Below are positions 42,514 to 52,635 of a DNA stretch of 64,000 nt, piece after piece. Source of the stretch: an uncultured delta proteobacterium (GTDB lineage Bacteria > Desulfobacterota > Binatia > DP-6). Under the pieces are notes generated by a model. It made no database searches and had not been told where the DNA came from. It saw only the letters and a list, made by a program, of their open reading frames with translations. Positions within the stretch are counted from its first letter, which is position 1; every line of letters begins with the position of its first letter. Made by a program: the position numbers and the translations under genes. The DNA lies in contig CAWFFN010000007.1 in assembly GCA_963815115.1 (NCBI GenBank), positions 1,152,001-1,216,000 on the forward strand, read 5' to 3'.

Positions 42514-45500
42514 ATGCCGATGGCTCTGCCTGTCTCACCGCCTGCGCTCGTGTCCCACGCAGTGGGCGGACCCTGCGCCCGCCTGCTCTCGAACGGCGCG
42601 CTCACCAGCCTGGTGAGCGCGGAGGGTACCGGCTTCACGCACCTCGACTGGCGGCGCATCACGAGCTGGACACCGGACCCCGTCGAGGATCACGAGGGCC
42701 TGTTCCTCTACCTGCGCGACGAGGAGGACGGCGCCCTCTGGTCGCTCGGACGCGAGCCCGTGGCCGGAGCGCCCGACCGCTACCACGTACGCAGCGAGCC
42801 GGGTCTGCTGCGCATCGAGCGCAGCGAGCGCGGCATCGAGGCGGTCTGCGAGATCGTGGTCGGCGCCGACCGTCACGCCGAGCTGCGGCGGACCCGGCTC
42901 CGCAACGCCGGCGCGCGGCCGCGCCGCCTCTCGCTCACGAGCTACGTCGGCGTCGTGCTGCACCATCCCGGCGGCCACGCCGGGCATCCCGGCTTCTCGA
43001 AGCTCTTCGTACAGACGAGCGTCGATGCCGCAGCAGGCGTACTCTTCGCGCACCGGCGGGCGCGCGGCTCGACGCCCGAGCCGCTGCATCTCGCGCACGC
43101 CTTGTTCGGTCCTGGTGCCGCGAGCTTCGAGACCGACCGGGCTCGCTTCGTGGGCCGCGGCCGTTCGCTCGCGTCTCCGGCCGCGCTCGACCCGGGCGCG
43201 AGCCTGTCCGGTTCCGTCGGCAACGTGCTGGATCCGATCGCGAGCTGGCGCCGCGAGCCGACACTCGCGCCGGGGGAGACTCTGGAGCTGCTCGGCGTCA
43301 TCGCCCTCGCCGAGAACGAGGCGGACGCGCGCGCGCTCGCGCTGGAGATGGCGGCGCCGGGAGCGTTCGACGCCATGCGCGACGGCGCCGAGCGCCGTGC
43401 GCGAGCCGAGCGGGACCGCTGCGGGCTCGCACCCGAGCAGGCCGCCTACCTCGAGGCCCTGCTCGCGCAGATGCTCTACGGCGTTTCCGCCCTGCGCGCG
43501 CCCGCGGAGGTCTTCCGGCGCGTGCGGGGAACCCCGGACGATCTCTGGATGTTCGGGATCCCGCCCGACGCCCCGCTCGTCGTGATCGAGGACGGGCCCG
43601 CGGCCGCAGCGCTCGCGCGCGAGCTCGAGACGGCGATCGCGTACTGGTCGGGTTCCGGGTTCGCCGTGCGAGGGCTCGTCCTCGGCGGCGGCGCGCCGGC
43701 GAGCGAGGCGATCGCCGTGGCGAAGAGCGACGCCGATCCCCGTGCAGTCGACTCGGCGCGGGCGTGTGCACGCCTCGTGCTGTATGACTCGTGGCCTGAT
43801 CTCGGGGTCGCGGCGCCGCCATCCAGGCGCGCCCACGCCTATCCGAGTCGAGCACGAGACGGGGCGCTCCCGCCGCGCGCCGGCGGCCTCCGTCTCGCGA
43901 ACGGCATCGGCGGCTTCGCCGACGACGGCCACGACTACGTGATCGACGTCCCCGGCACGCCCGAGGCGGGCGGGCTCCCGCCCATGCCCTGGGTGAACGT
44001 GCTCGCGAACCCGCGCTTCGGGACACTCGTCTCCGAGCGCGGCGCCGCGCACACGTGGAGCCGGAACTCGCGCGAGCACCGGCTCACGCCTTGGTCGAAC
44101 GACCCCATCCTCGATCCCCACGGCGAGGCTCTCTGGGTGCGCGACGAGGACGCCTGCGCCTTCTGGTCGCCGCAGCCCGGGCCCACGCCCGGTGGAGCCC
44201 CCTACGAGACGCGCCACGGCTTCGGAACGTCGAGCTGGCGCCACCGCAGCCACGACCTCGATCAGGAGGTGACGACGCTCGTCGCCGCCGACGCGCCCGT
44301 GAAGCTGACGCGCCTGCGCCTCACCAACCTCGCGCGTACGACTCGCCAGCTCTCGGTCTTCTCCTACGCGCGACTCGTGCTCGGCGGCCTGGCAGAGGAC
44401 ATCGCGCACGCAACCGTCGTCGCGTCTGCCCGCGACCGCCGCACGCTGCTCGCGACCAACGGACTCGCCGGGGCCTTCGCCGACGGGGTAGCCTTCGCGT
44501 CCGTCCGGGCCACGGCCGTCGCGGCGGAGGCCTTCGTCACGGACGACCGCGGCAGCTTCCTCGGCGTCGGCGGATCGGCCGCCTGTCCCCGTGCGCTCGT
44601 CGAAGACGCGACGCTCGACGGCACGAGCGGCGCGCGGCGCGATCCGTGCTTCGCGCACCAGGTGCGCTTCGAGCTGGCCGCCGGCGCCAGCGCCGAGTGC
44701 GTGTTCCTGCTCGGCGAGGGCCGGAGCGCCGCCGATGCCGAGGCGCTCGTCGTACGCTTCGGCGGAGCCTCGGCCTTCGACGACGCGCTGGAGGCCGTGC
44801 GCAGCCAGTGGGACAGCGTGCTCGGCGCCGTCGCGGTCGAGACGCCCGCCCCCGCCCTCGACCTGATGGTGAACGGCTGGCTCGCCTACCAGACGCTCGC
44901 CTGCCGCATCTGGGGCCGCACGGCCTTCTACCAGTCTGGAGGGGCATTCGGCTTCCGCGACCAACTCCAGGACGCCGCGGCGCTCGTGCACGCGCGCCCG
45001 GATCTCACGCGCGCGCAGATCCTGCTCCACGCGGCCCACCAGTTCGTGGAGGGAGACGTCCTCCACTGGTGGCACCCGCCGCAGGACCGTGGCACGCGCA
45101 CACGCATCTCCGACGACCTGCTCTGGCTGCCCTGGGTGACGGCGCACTACGTCGCGACCACGGGCGACCGCGGCCTGCTCGACGAGACGGCCGGCTTCGT
45201 GACGGCGCGGCTGCTCGAGGCCGGCGAGGACGAGGCATACCTCCCGACGGCGCCGGCTGGCGAGCGCGCGAGCGTATACGACCACTGCTGCCGCGCGATC
45301 GACCGCTCGCTCTCCGTCGGCGCGCACGGCCTCCCGCTGATCGGCACGGGTGACTGGAACGACGGCATGAACCTGGTCGGCCGCGAGGGGCGGGGCGAGA
45401 GCGTCTGGATGGCGTTCTTCCTGTACGACGTGCTGCGGGTCTTCGAGCCACTCTGTGCCGCGCGCGGCGACACGGCGCGCGCCGAGCGCTACGCCGCGCA

Positions 45501-46338
45501 CCGCGCGGCGCTGACGCGCGCGGTCGAGGAGCACGCGTGGGACGGCGCCTGGTATCGGCGCGCCTATTTCGACGACGGCCGCCCGCTCGGCACCGCGCAG
45601 GGCACCGAGTGTCGCATCGACGTGCTGCCGCAGGCCTGGGCCGTGCTCTCGGGGGCGGCGCCGCGCGCGCGTTGCGAGCGGGCGATGGACGCGCTCGAGC
45701 GCGAGCTGGTGCTGCCCGAGGGAAGACTGATCCGGCTGCTCGCGCCGCCCTTCGACACCAGCGACCCGACGCCCGGCTACATCCAGGGCTACGTGCCCGG
45801 TATCCGCGAGAACGGCGGGCAGTACACGCACGCCGCGACGTGGGCCGTGCGCGCGACCGCGGCGCTCGGCCGCCGCGAGCGCGCGCTCGCACTGCTCGAG
45901 ATGATCCTCCCGCCGAACCATGCGCGGACACCCGAAGAGGTCGCGGTCTACCAGGTGGAGCCCTACGTGATGACGGCCGACGTCTACGCGGTGCCGCCCC
46001 ACGTCGGGCGCGGCGGCTGGAGCTGGTACACCGGCTCCTCGGGCTGGATGCTGCGCGTCGCGCTCGAGTCGGTGCTCGGCCTGCGCATGGAGGACGGAGA
46101 GCGCCTCGTGTTGCGGCCCTGCGTCCCCGACGTCTGGCGGGAGTTCCGCCTCACCTACCGGCTGCCGGATGGGGTCACCCGTTACGCGATCCGCGTGCGC
46201 AGCACCGCGGGCTCGACCGCTCAGGTCGTCGGCGTGCGGGTGGACGGCAAGCCCCTCGCGCCGGTCGAGGGCGCCGCAGTGTGGCCGATCGCGCGGGACG
46301 GCGGGCGACACGAGGTCGATGTCGAACTCGGTCAGTAG
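42514..46338 (+). CDS. GH94 glycoside phosphorylase (NdvB/Cgs C-terminal-like)
   Basis: Two GH36/94 N-domains; FYQSGGAFGFRDQLQD, GTGDWNDGMN, RENGGQYTHAA, GRGGWSWYTGS. Confidence 0.93.
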   Translation: MPMALPVSPPALVSHAVGGPCARLLSNGALTSLVSAEGTGFTHLDWRRITSWTPDPVEDHEGLFLYLRDEEDGALWSLGREPVAGAPDRYHVRSEPGLLRIERSERGIEAVCEIVVGADRHAELRRTRLRNAGARPRRLSLTSYVGVVLHHPGGHAGHPGFSKLFVQTSVDAAAGVLFAHRRARGSTPEPLHLAHALFGPGAASFETDRARFVGRGRSLASPAALDPGASLSGSVGNVLDPIASWRREPTLAPGETLELLGVIALAENEADARALALEMAAPGAFDAMRDGAERRARAERDRCGLAPEQAAYLEALLAQMLYGVSALRAPAEVFRRVRGTPDDLWMFGIPPDAPLVVIEDGPAAAALARELETAIAYWSGSGFAVRGLVLGGGAPASEAIAVAKSDADPRAVDSARACARLVLYDSWPDLGVAAPPSRRAHAYPSRARDGALPPRAGGLRLANGIGGFADDGHDYVIDVPGTPEAGGLPPMPWVNVLANPRFGTLVSERGAAHTWSRNSREHRLTPWSNDPILDPHGEALWVRDEDACAFWSPQPGPTPGGAPYETRHGFGTSSWRHRSHDLDQEVTTLVAADAPVKLTRLRLTNLARTTRQLSVFSYARLVLGGLAEDIAHATVVASARDRRTLLATNGLAGAFADGVAFASVRATAVAAEAFVTDDRGSFLGVGGSAACPRALVEDATLDGTSGARRDPCFAHQVRFELAAGASAECVFLLGEGRSAADAEALVVRFGGASAFDDALEAVRSQWDSVLGAVAVETPAPALDLMVNGWLAYQTLACRIWGRTAFYQSGGAFGFRDQLQDAAALVHARPDLTRAQILLHAAHQFVEGDVLHWWHPPQDRGTRTRISDDLLWLPWVTAHYVATTGDRGLLDETAGFVTARLLEAGEDEAYLPTAPAGERASVYDHCCRAIDRSLSVGAHGLPLIGTGDWNDGMNLVGREGRGESVWMAFFLYDVLRVFEPLCAARGDTARAERYAAHRAALTRAVEEHAWDGAWYRRAYFDDGRPLGTAQGTECRIDVLPQAWAVLSGAAPRARCERAMDALERELVLPEGRLIRLLAPPFDTSDPTPGYIQGYVPGIRENGGQYTHAATWAVRATAALGRRERALALLEMILPPNHARTPEEVAVYQVEPYVMTADVYAVPPHVGRGGWSWYTGSSGWMLRVALESVLGLRMEDGERLVLRPCVPDVWREFRLTYRLPDGVTRYAIRVRSTAGSTAQVVGVRVDGKPLAPVEGAAVWPIARDGGRHEVDVELGQ

Positions 46339-46620
46339 AGCAGCCGCATCTCGGCCGGCAGCTCGGGCAGCATCAGCTGTCGCGGGTCCGCGGCGCGCCG
46401 CGCGCGTCGCCGCCGGGTCGCGGTCGGCATGCTGGAGGAGATCGGGCCGGCGATCCGCGAGAGCGATCTCTCGACGCGGGAGGAAGGGCTGGAGTCCGCC
46501 GCGGCACCCCTCGATCGCTTCACGTCCATGGCCGACGTGGTGGACGCGGTCGGCGTGCAGCCCGCGCAGAGTGCGCCGTTCAAGCAGCTTCTCTTGTGAC
46601 ACTCGTGATGGGGCGCTGGT

Positions 46621-47376
46621 TCATTCAAATCTCAGCGCCTTTAGGGGGGCGTCGCTGAGCTGCATCAGCCCGGCGCGCGGGTGGTCGAGATCGATGGTGA
46701 TCCACACCGAGGTGCCGATCAGGAGCGCCAGTGACACGGTCAGCGGCGCACGTCTCCGCCCGCCGAGTCCACACCCGTATCCGATGACGCCGACCGCGAG
46801 CACGCAGCACGCGATGAGCAATCCCATCACGAGCGGCGGAAGGCGCTTCCGTGCGGCGGCCAGGCGGGTGGCGTGCAGGTCGATGACCTCGTTGACGGGC
46901 GCGAGGACCGCGAGCATCGTCGCTGGCCGGGCCGTGACCCCGGCGCGGGCCGCGTTCCAGATCCGGGCGTGGAGGCGCTCGACTTCCTCGCGGTCGGCGG
47001 GCTGCGCACCTGCGCGGAGCCGGCTGGAAACCTCGATGCGGTTCTTGGTGTAGCGTTGCAGAGCCGCACGCAACTCCGACCGGTGGGGCTCGTCCAGCAG
47101 GTCCGCGCGCAGGTAGGCCGTGCCGATCGCGTTTGCCTCCTGCACGACCAGGTCCTGCCGCTCGAGGAATCGTGCGCCGGCCGCTGCGAAGCTGAAGGCG
47201 AGCAGGAGCCCCAGCAGGCCGAGAAGCGCTCCTTGGATGGCGCCGACCTGGCTGCTCAGGGTGGCGTCCGCGCCACGGGTCGCGCGCCGACCGATCCGGA
47301 ACCCGGCTTCGAGCGCGACGAGGAGGAGAAGGAGCAGGCCGGCGGCGACGGAAATGTCCTGGATGATGGGGATCAC
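46621..47376 (-). CDS. DUF4239/bestrophin-like membrane protein
   Basis: LGLLGLLLAFSF, EANAIGTAYLRADLL, IDLDHPRAGL. Confidence 0.85.
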   Translation of the reverse strand: MIPIIQDISVAAGLLLLLLVALEAGFRIGRRATRGADATLSSQVGAIQGALLGLLGLLLAFSFAAAGARFLERQDLVVQEANAIGTAYLRADLLDEPHRSELRAALQRYTKNRIEVSSRLRAGAQPADREEVERLHARIWNAARAGVTARPATMLAVLAPVNEVIDLHATRLAAARKRLPPLVMGLLIACCVLAVGVIGYGCGLGGRRRAPLTVSLALLIGTSVWITIDLDHPRAGLMQLSDAPLKALRFE

Positions 47377-47541
47377 GGTCGGCTACTCTCCGAATGATTC
47401 TCGTGCTCACGAGGTTCGTCAACGGGGATCGGCCCGCTGTCGCGGGCTCCTGCTTGTGCGAGATCGTCGCTGCACAGCAATCGCCTCCGCCATCGTGCGG
47501 TCTCTAGTCGATCGCTCCCTGCCTGAACAAGCGGGGCCGGC

Positions 47542-48006
47542 TCACTTCCTGCGTCCGCCGCGGCGCTTCCGGATGGGTACCCGCAGGGTCAGCACGGGGA
47601 CGGTGGCGTGCCGAACGACCCGCTCGGCAACGCTCCCGATGAGGAAGTGGGACAGCCCGGTGCGCCCGGACGTCGCCATGACGATGCTGTCCGCCCGACG
47701 GGCGGCGTCGATGATGCGCTGAGACGCATCGCCGATGTCGACCCGCACCGTCACCGGCGGCCCACCGGCTCCCAGCACCTTGGTCACCAGGCGCTGGAGA
47801 ACCTGGCGCTGCTCGGGGAGCAGATCGCGCACCGCTGGTATGCCGAACGAGGTGTCAGCGGGCATGTAGAACGGCACGAGCACATGCAACACGGTGAGCT
47901 TGCCCCGGTTCTCCTTGGCGAGCTGGGCGGCTGTCTTGAGCGCGACGGTCGCCTGGCTGGAGAAGTCGTGGGGGACGAGGATGTGGCGAAAGAGGCTTCG
48001 AGCCAT
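47542..48006 (-). CDS. Universal stress protein
   Basis: HILVPHDFS, IVMATSGRTGLSHFLIGSVAERVVRHATVPVLT. Confidence 0.95.
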   Translation of the reverse strand: MARSLFRHILVPHDFSSQATVALKTAAQLAKENRGKLTVLHVLVPFYMPADTSFGIPAVRDLLPEQRQVLQRLVTKVLGAGGPPVTVRVDIGDASQRIIDAARRADSIVMATSGRTGLSHFLIGSVAERVVRHATVPVLTLRVPIRKRRGGRRK

Positions 48007-48031
48007 CACTGCTCCCTTCTCGGACCGCGAG

Positions 48032-48088
48032 ATGATGATCGAGCGATGCGCCGGACTCGACGTGCACAAGGACACGGTGATGGCGTGA
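48032..48088 (+). mobile_element. IS110 transposase N-terminal remnant
   Basis: MMIERCAGLDVHKDTVMA, then stop. Confidence 0.65.
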
Positions 48089-48183
48089 CTCTCCCCCGCG
48101 CCCGTGAAGGCGGATGTGGCCGATCATGCGAGCCCACGGCCCGGAAGCGGCTCGCCCGGCGCATGAAGCCGGTCCGATGCCGA

Positions 48184-48670
48184 TCAGGTCATAGGACCTC
48201 GGCACTCCCTCCGCAACGAGGCGACCTTCGGCTGCACCAGTCGCGCGAAGTCCGCATAGGCCATGTGCACCGTCTGTTCATGGGTGCCGGCGTTGAAAGA
48301 CGATCTCCTCGTCCCGTGTGAGCGCCTCGTCGATCACCACCGGGATCCCATAGAGGTTCCCCAGCGGCGGCATCGCGCCCAGGTCGCAGTCCGGGAAGAG
48401 GCGGGCGAACTCCACCTCCGTCGCCAGGCGCAGGTCCGTTCTTCCGACCGTTTTCCCCAGGGGCTCGAGGTCAACGTGGTACGGGGCGGGCAGCACGGCC
48501 ATGAGGTGCTCGTCGCCCTTGCGCACGATCACAACCTTCGCCATCTCGCGCCCGGGAACGTGCTCAGCCGCGGCGACCTCCTGCGCCGTGAAGGCACGCC
48601 GGTGCGACCGCACCTCGTAGCGGACCCGGTTCGCGTCGAGGAACTCCTTCAGCTTCGTGAGGATCGGCAT
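48184..48670 (-). pseudogene. YbaK/EbsC-family tRNA deacylase, +1 frameshift near 48296
   Basis: FTAQEVAAA, AKVV, GAMPPLGNLYG; removing one T restores IVFNAGTHEQTVHMAYADFARLV. Confidence 0.88.
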
Positions 48671-48689
48671 GGCTCCCTCCTCGTGCCGC

Positions 48690-49465
48690 TCATTCTTCCT
48701 CCGACGGCGGGCGGTCGGGCGGCACATAGTCCAGCCCTTGCTCGGTGTTCTCGATGATGTCCTCGGTACCGACGGGCTCGAACCCCTCCGGCCGCACGCG
48801 TTCGGTGGGTTCCGACCGGCCACGGGGGGGCCGCTCCCGAAGGAATTCGTTTACCTGCATGCGATCGGCGACGTCCTCGCAACCCGCGACGTCGGTCACG
48901 AGCTTCAGGAGGATCTGGTGCGCGGCCTCGCTCGGCACGGCGCCCTGGAGATGTACCACGCCGTGACGGCACACGATCCGGAGCTCGTGCATGTCGACGC
49001 GGCCATCCTCACGGACGAGGTCCCGCAGCATCCCTTCGACTTCGCGATCCAAGAGTGGCTCGAGGTCCGGGGGCAGGCGCCCCGGGTGGCGAGGCTCGGC
49101 TGTCACAGGCGCTTCAATCCCGGTCCCCTCCGCCTCGCGTGCGCACTCCACGCAGAAGAGGGCGGCCGGACCGCCCGGAGGCGAGCCAGGGGAATCGCAC
49201 GGCCGCAGTCGGGGCACTTGCCGTAGGTCCCATCGATCATCCGTTGCAGGGCGGCGTGGATCTCCTGCATTTCCCGCAGGCTGCGATCGTCCAAGCGAGA
49301 GAGGATGCGGGCGGCGCGCTCGCCCTGTGCCCACTCCTCGAGTCCGGCCTCGCGTTCCTCCGCGATCGATCGGAGATCGGCCTCGGCATCGAGGAACTCC
49401 TTCAGAAGCGCCGCCCGCTTGCGCCGCAGCGCGTTCACCAGCTCGCCACGCGTCCGGGCATCCAT
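48690..49465 (-). pseudogene. DksA/TraR C4 zinc-finger-BON fusion, 1-bp deletion near 49170
   Basis: ALQRMIDGTYGKCPDCGRAIPLARLRAV in one frame, PAALFCVECA plus BON-like GVVHLQGAVP..DVADRMQV in the next. Confidence 0.75.
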
Positions 49466-49599
49466 GTCATCGAGCGAGAGCAAGGATCACGCCAGCTCAG
49501 CCTCCCGGCCCGCGGGTTGACGGCGTATCCAGCCGAGAGCTGGTCTCGTGCCTGGCAGCTCGTGCCTGGCAACTGGAGCTGCGAGAATTCCCGTCGCCG

Positions 49600-49780
49600 C
49601 GAAAAGCATTTCCCCCCTATCGCGTGCTTGGCCGCGCCGTAGGCGGAGCGCAGCGAGGCGAACGGGATACGCCCCAGCATCGATGACATGTTGATAATGT
49701 GGCCCCGCTGCCGCTCCTTCATGTGCGGCAGCACTGTCTCCATGCCGTAGAGCGCCGACTTCGCGTTGACGAGCGCCCAT
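49600..49780 (-). pseudogene. Internal fragment of a short-chain dehydrogenase
   Basis: VLPHMKERQRGHIINMSSMLG...AYGAAKHA. Confidence 0.7.
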
Positions 49781-50055
49781 CGGGCGCTATGGCCCAACTA
49801 CCCGGGCCCCCGTGGGCGACGCCGTGCATTTCGGCCAGTACGGCAACAGGCCGTACCGGGGATGACGGCCGACTCCCTCGGAGTCGGCGGTGGTGCGCCC
49901 CGCAGGTGAGCACCCGGTCCATCTGACAGCGCGGCCTCAGAGGCGCCCCCTACGGGGTCGCCCTTCACAGCGGCCGCCCGTTTTCCACGACGCCCAACAC
50001 GGGGACGACGGCTTTCAGGGAATGCCCGGCTTCCTCACCGAAGGTGCTCCCAGGC

Positions 50056-51618
50056 TCAGGTGCGGTAGATCTCGAACGCCCGGGTCTGTCCGTCGGGCCG
50101 GCTGAGCCGCACGCTGATCACGCCGTCGGCGTCGCAGGCGTAGGTCTCGCTCACGGGAGTGCCGGCGAGGTCGTCGCGGTGGCGGATATCGGCCGGCGTC
50201 ACGCGCTGCTCGACCGCGATCGCCGGGTCGTAGGGAAAGAGGACGTCGGACCAGGTCCGCACGCCGAGCGCGGGGCGTCCGGCATCGTCGACACCGGCGC
50301 ACTCGAGGTAGCGCAGGTGGCCGATGTTGTGGCGCGGCGTGTACTCCACGCGCTGCTCGACCGGCGGCGCGCCGCGCGGCGGCAGTCGCGTGCCGGCGGC
50401 GAAGATCGGCGCGAAGATCTCGCGCTGCCCGTGGTCGGCCAGCCGCAGCACGCCGAAGTGGCGCGCCAGGATGTCGTGCATCGTCGCCGCGCCCTCGCCG
50501 TGGATGGCCGCGCCCATGGCGGTGGCGGTGAAGGGTTTGTCGGTCATGACGAGGCGAAGGTCCGGGAAGCGGGCCGCGAGCAGCTTCGCCACCAGCGGCA
50601 GGCGCGACGAGCCCCCGACCAGGTAGATGGCGTCGAGAGCGGCGGGATCGACGCCGGCGGCGCCGGTAACGAGTCGCCACACGGCGTCGACGGCTGGGCC
50701 GACGACGTCGGTCAGCGCCTTCCAGTAGGTGGCGACCGACACGACGCAGGGTTTTGCCCTGATGCCGACGTCGGCGGGGACCAGCGCGAGCGAGCGCACC
50801 CCGCCGGCCGCGATGCTTTCCTTCTGGCGGCGGGCATGCTCGATCAGCAGCTCGCGCTGCAGCGGCGCCAGCGAGTCCAGCTCGAGCTTCATGCGCCGCG
50901 CAAACAGCCGCGCCAGGACCACGTCGAGGTCGTCGCCGCCCAGACGCTCGATCCCGACGCTGTCGAGGACGGTGAACTCCGGACCGTCGATGCGCACCAG
51001 GGAGGCATCGAACGTGCCGCCGCCGAAGTCGAACACGGCCACGGTCCCGCGCACGCGCCGGGCCTCTGCCCGATCGCCCTGCGCGGTCCGGTTGGCATAC
51101 TCGATGGCGGCGGCGGCCGACTCGCTGAGCGTGGCGACGACGTCGAAGCCGGCCAGCCGGAAGGCAGCGCGCGTCACCCAGCGTTGTGCGCCGTTGGCGT
51201 TCGCGGGCCAGGTGACGACCGCCTCCAGCAGCTCACCGTCGCGGAACAGCCCCGATGCCCGGATGGAGGTTCGCAGCGCGCCGGCGAAGGCGGCGAGCAG
51301 CTCGAGCGTGTCGAAGCCACCGGGACGCACGTCGCCGCCCAGGCGGCCGCCGCCGACCCAGTCGCGCAGGAGGCGCTTCAGCGAGCGGATGCTGCCGACG
51401 CGGCCGGCCGCTCCGGGCCGTGCGAGCCGGCGCTCCGCCTCCGACCCAAACAGGAGGCGGTCGCCGTCGTGCTCGTACGCCACCAGCGAGGGGAAGACCT
51501 CGCGCACGACGCGCCCGACGGCCGTGTCGGTGGCGTGCGGGACGATCGGGTAGCGGCCCCGGTCACTCGCCACCGCCACCGTGTTGGTGGTGCCGAAATC
51601 GATGCCGAGCCGTGCCAT
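50056..51618 (-). CDS. Atypical Hsp70-family protein
   Basis: GIDFGTTNT, VFDFGGGTFDAS, LGGDDLD, YLVGGSSRLP. Confidence 0.92.
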   Translation of the reverse strand: MARLGIDFGTTNTVAVASDRGRYPIVPHATDTAVGRVVREVFPSLVAYEHDGDRLLFGSEAERRLARPGAAGRVGSIRSLKRLLRDWVGGGRLGGDVRPGGFDTLELLAAFAGALRTSIRASGLFRDGELLEAVVTWPANANGAQRWVTRAAFRLAGFDVVATLSESAAAAIEYANRTAQGDRAEARRVRGTVAVFDFGGGTFDASLVRIDGPEFTVLDSVGIERLGGDDLDVVLARLFARRMKLELDSLAPLQRELLIEHARRQKESIAAGGVRSLALVPADVGIRAKPCVVSVATYWKALTDVVGPAVDAVWRLVTGAAGVDPAALDAIYLVGGSSRLPLVAKLLAARFPDLRLVMTDKPFTATAMGAAIHGEGAATMHDILARHFGVLRLADHGQREIFAPIFAAGTRLPPRGAPPVEQRVEYTPRHNIGHLRYLECAGVDDAGRPALGVRTWSDVLFPYDPAIAVEQRVTPADIRHRDDLAGTPVSETYACDADGVISVRLSRPDGQTRAFEIYRT

Positions 51619-51622
51619 GGTC

Positions 51623-52084
51623 TCACCCTCCGCTCACCGCCACCGCGGCCTTGCATAGCACCAGCCCGCGACCGCTCCGGAAGCCCGGCTGCACCGCCTC
51701 GACGATGACACCGGCGGGGACGCCGGCGGCGCGCCGCTCCTCGACCACGGTGTGAATGAGCGGATCGACGGCGTCGAGCGGCTCCGCCGTGAAACGGAGG
51801 GCGCCGAGCCGCTCGAGCGCGTCGTCGAGTAGCTCGGCCGCTTGCGCCGCTGTGGCGCCGCCGACCAGGGCGCGCCGGACCTCGGCGAGGTCGCGGGCGA
51901 CCGCCCCGAGCCGCTGCTCGAGAAGCTCGCTCAGCAGCCCGCGCAGCGCGCTGACCGCGTCGTCGAGCATGGCCTCGAGGGATCGTGCCACGACCGGCGG
52001 CGGGGACGTCGTACGGACCGCCCGCCCCGTCGCGTTGCCGCGAGCCGCGGCCTTCCCGGGCCGCTTCGCTCCCCGCCTCGCCAT
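51623..52084 (-). CDS. Divergent GrpE-like nucleotide exchange factor
   Basis: Coiled coil followed by DPLIHTVV...GVIVEAVQPGF...KAAVAVS; immediately upstream of the Hsp70 gene. Confidence 0.75.
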   Translation of the reverse strand: MARRGAKRPGKAAARGNATGRAVRTTSPPPVVARSLEAMLDDAVSALRGLLSELLEQRLGAVARDLAEVRRALVGGATAAQAAELLDDALERLGALRFTAEPLDAVDPLIHTVVEERRAAGVPAGVIVEAVQPGFRSGRGLVLCKAAVAVSGG

Positions 52085-52635
52085 CCGCTTCTCCTTCCTC
52101 ACCACCCACCACCTCCCGGAGGCGCCGGGCCCCGGCGCCACGCCGCCCTCACTGTACGTGATCCGCGAGCTCGTGTTCAAGAAGCAGACTTTCAGGCCAC
52201 GGGGCGAGTCAGGTTGAGTATCAGAGCGCAAGGGCGAGATTCAGGTCGAGCTCAACTTCACGACGCAAGAAGCGATGGGATCGGCGCTGCTGCACCATGG
52301 CGGCTCGGCGCAGTTCAATGTCTTCACGCGATCCCGAGCGAAGCGTCAGGGGGACTCGTTGAGCCAGCACGGACTGTTCAAGGGTGATCAGCTGGTGGCG
52401 TCCGCGACTGAGGAGGCGATCATCGTCTTGCTGAACATCTGGAGAAGCAGGCCGTCGACCTCTCGCAGGAAAACGAAGTTCTCGTTCACGCAGGTCATCG
52501 AGGGCTTCAAGCTGGTCGGTCGTCCTTCGTCTCGCCGTCTCGGCATATACCGTCGAGCGGTTCCTCGCGGAGCGGTGAGTGGAGCCGCTGGCGTGCCGAG
52601 GCGCGACACCTCGGCCGCCCGGGACGGCCGAGCGA

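Noticed and set aside
42535-46602. 1355-aa antisense ORF and other long shadow ORFs (12869-14773, 33484-35757, 35824-37737, 50044-51708)
   Set aside because: They lie opposite well-supported genes, are Arg/Ala/Gly-rich without motifs, and are expected in high-GC DNA
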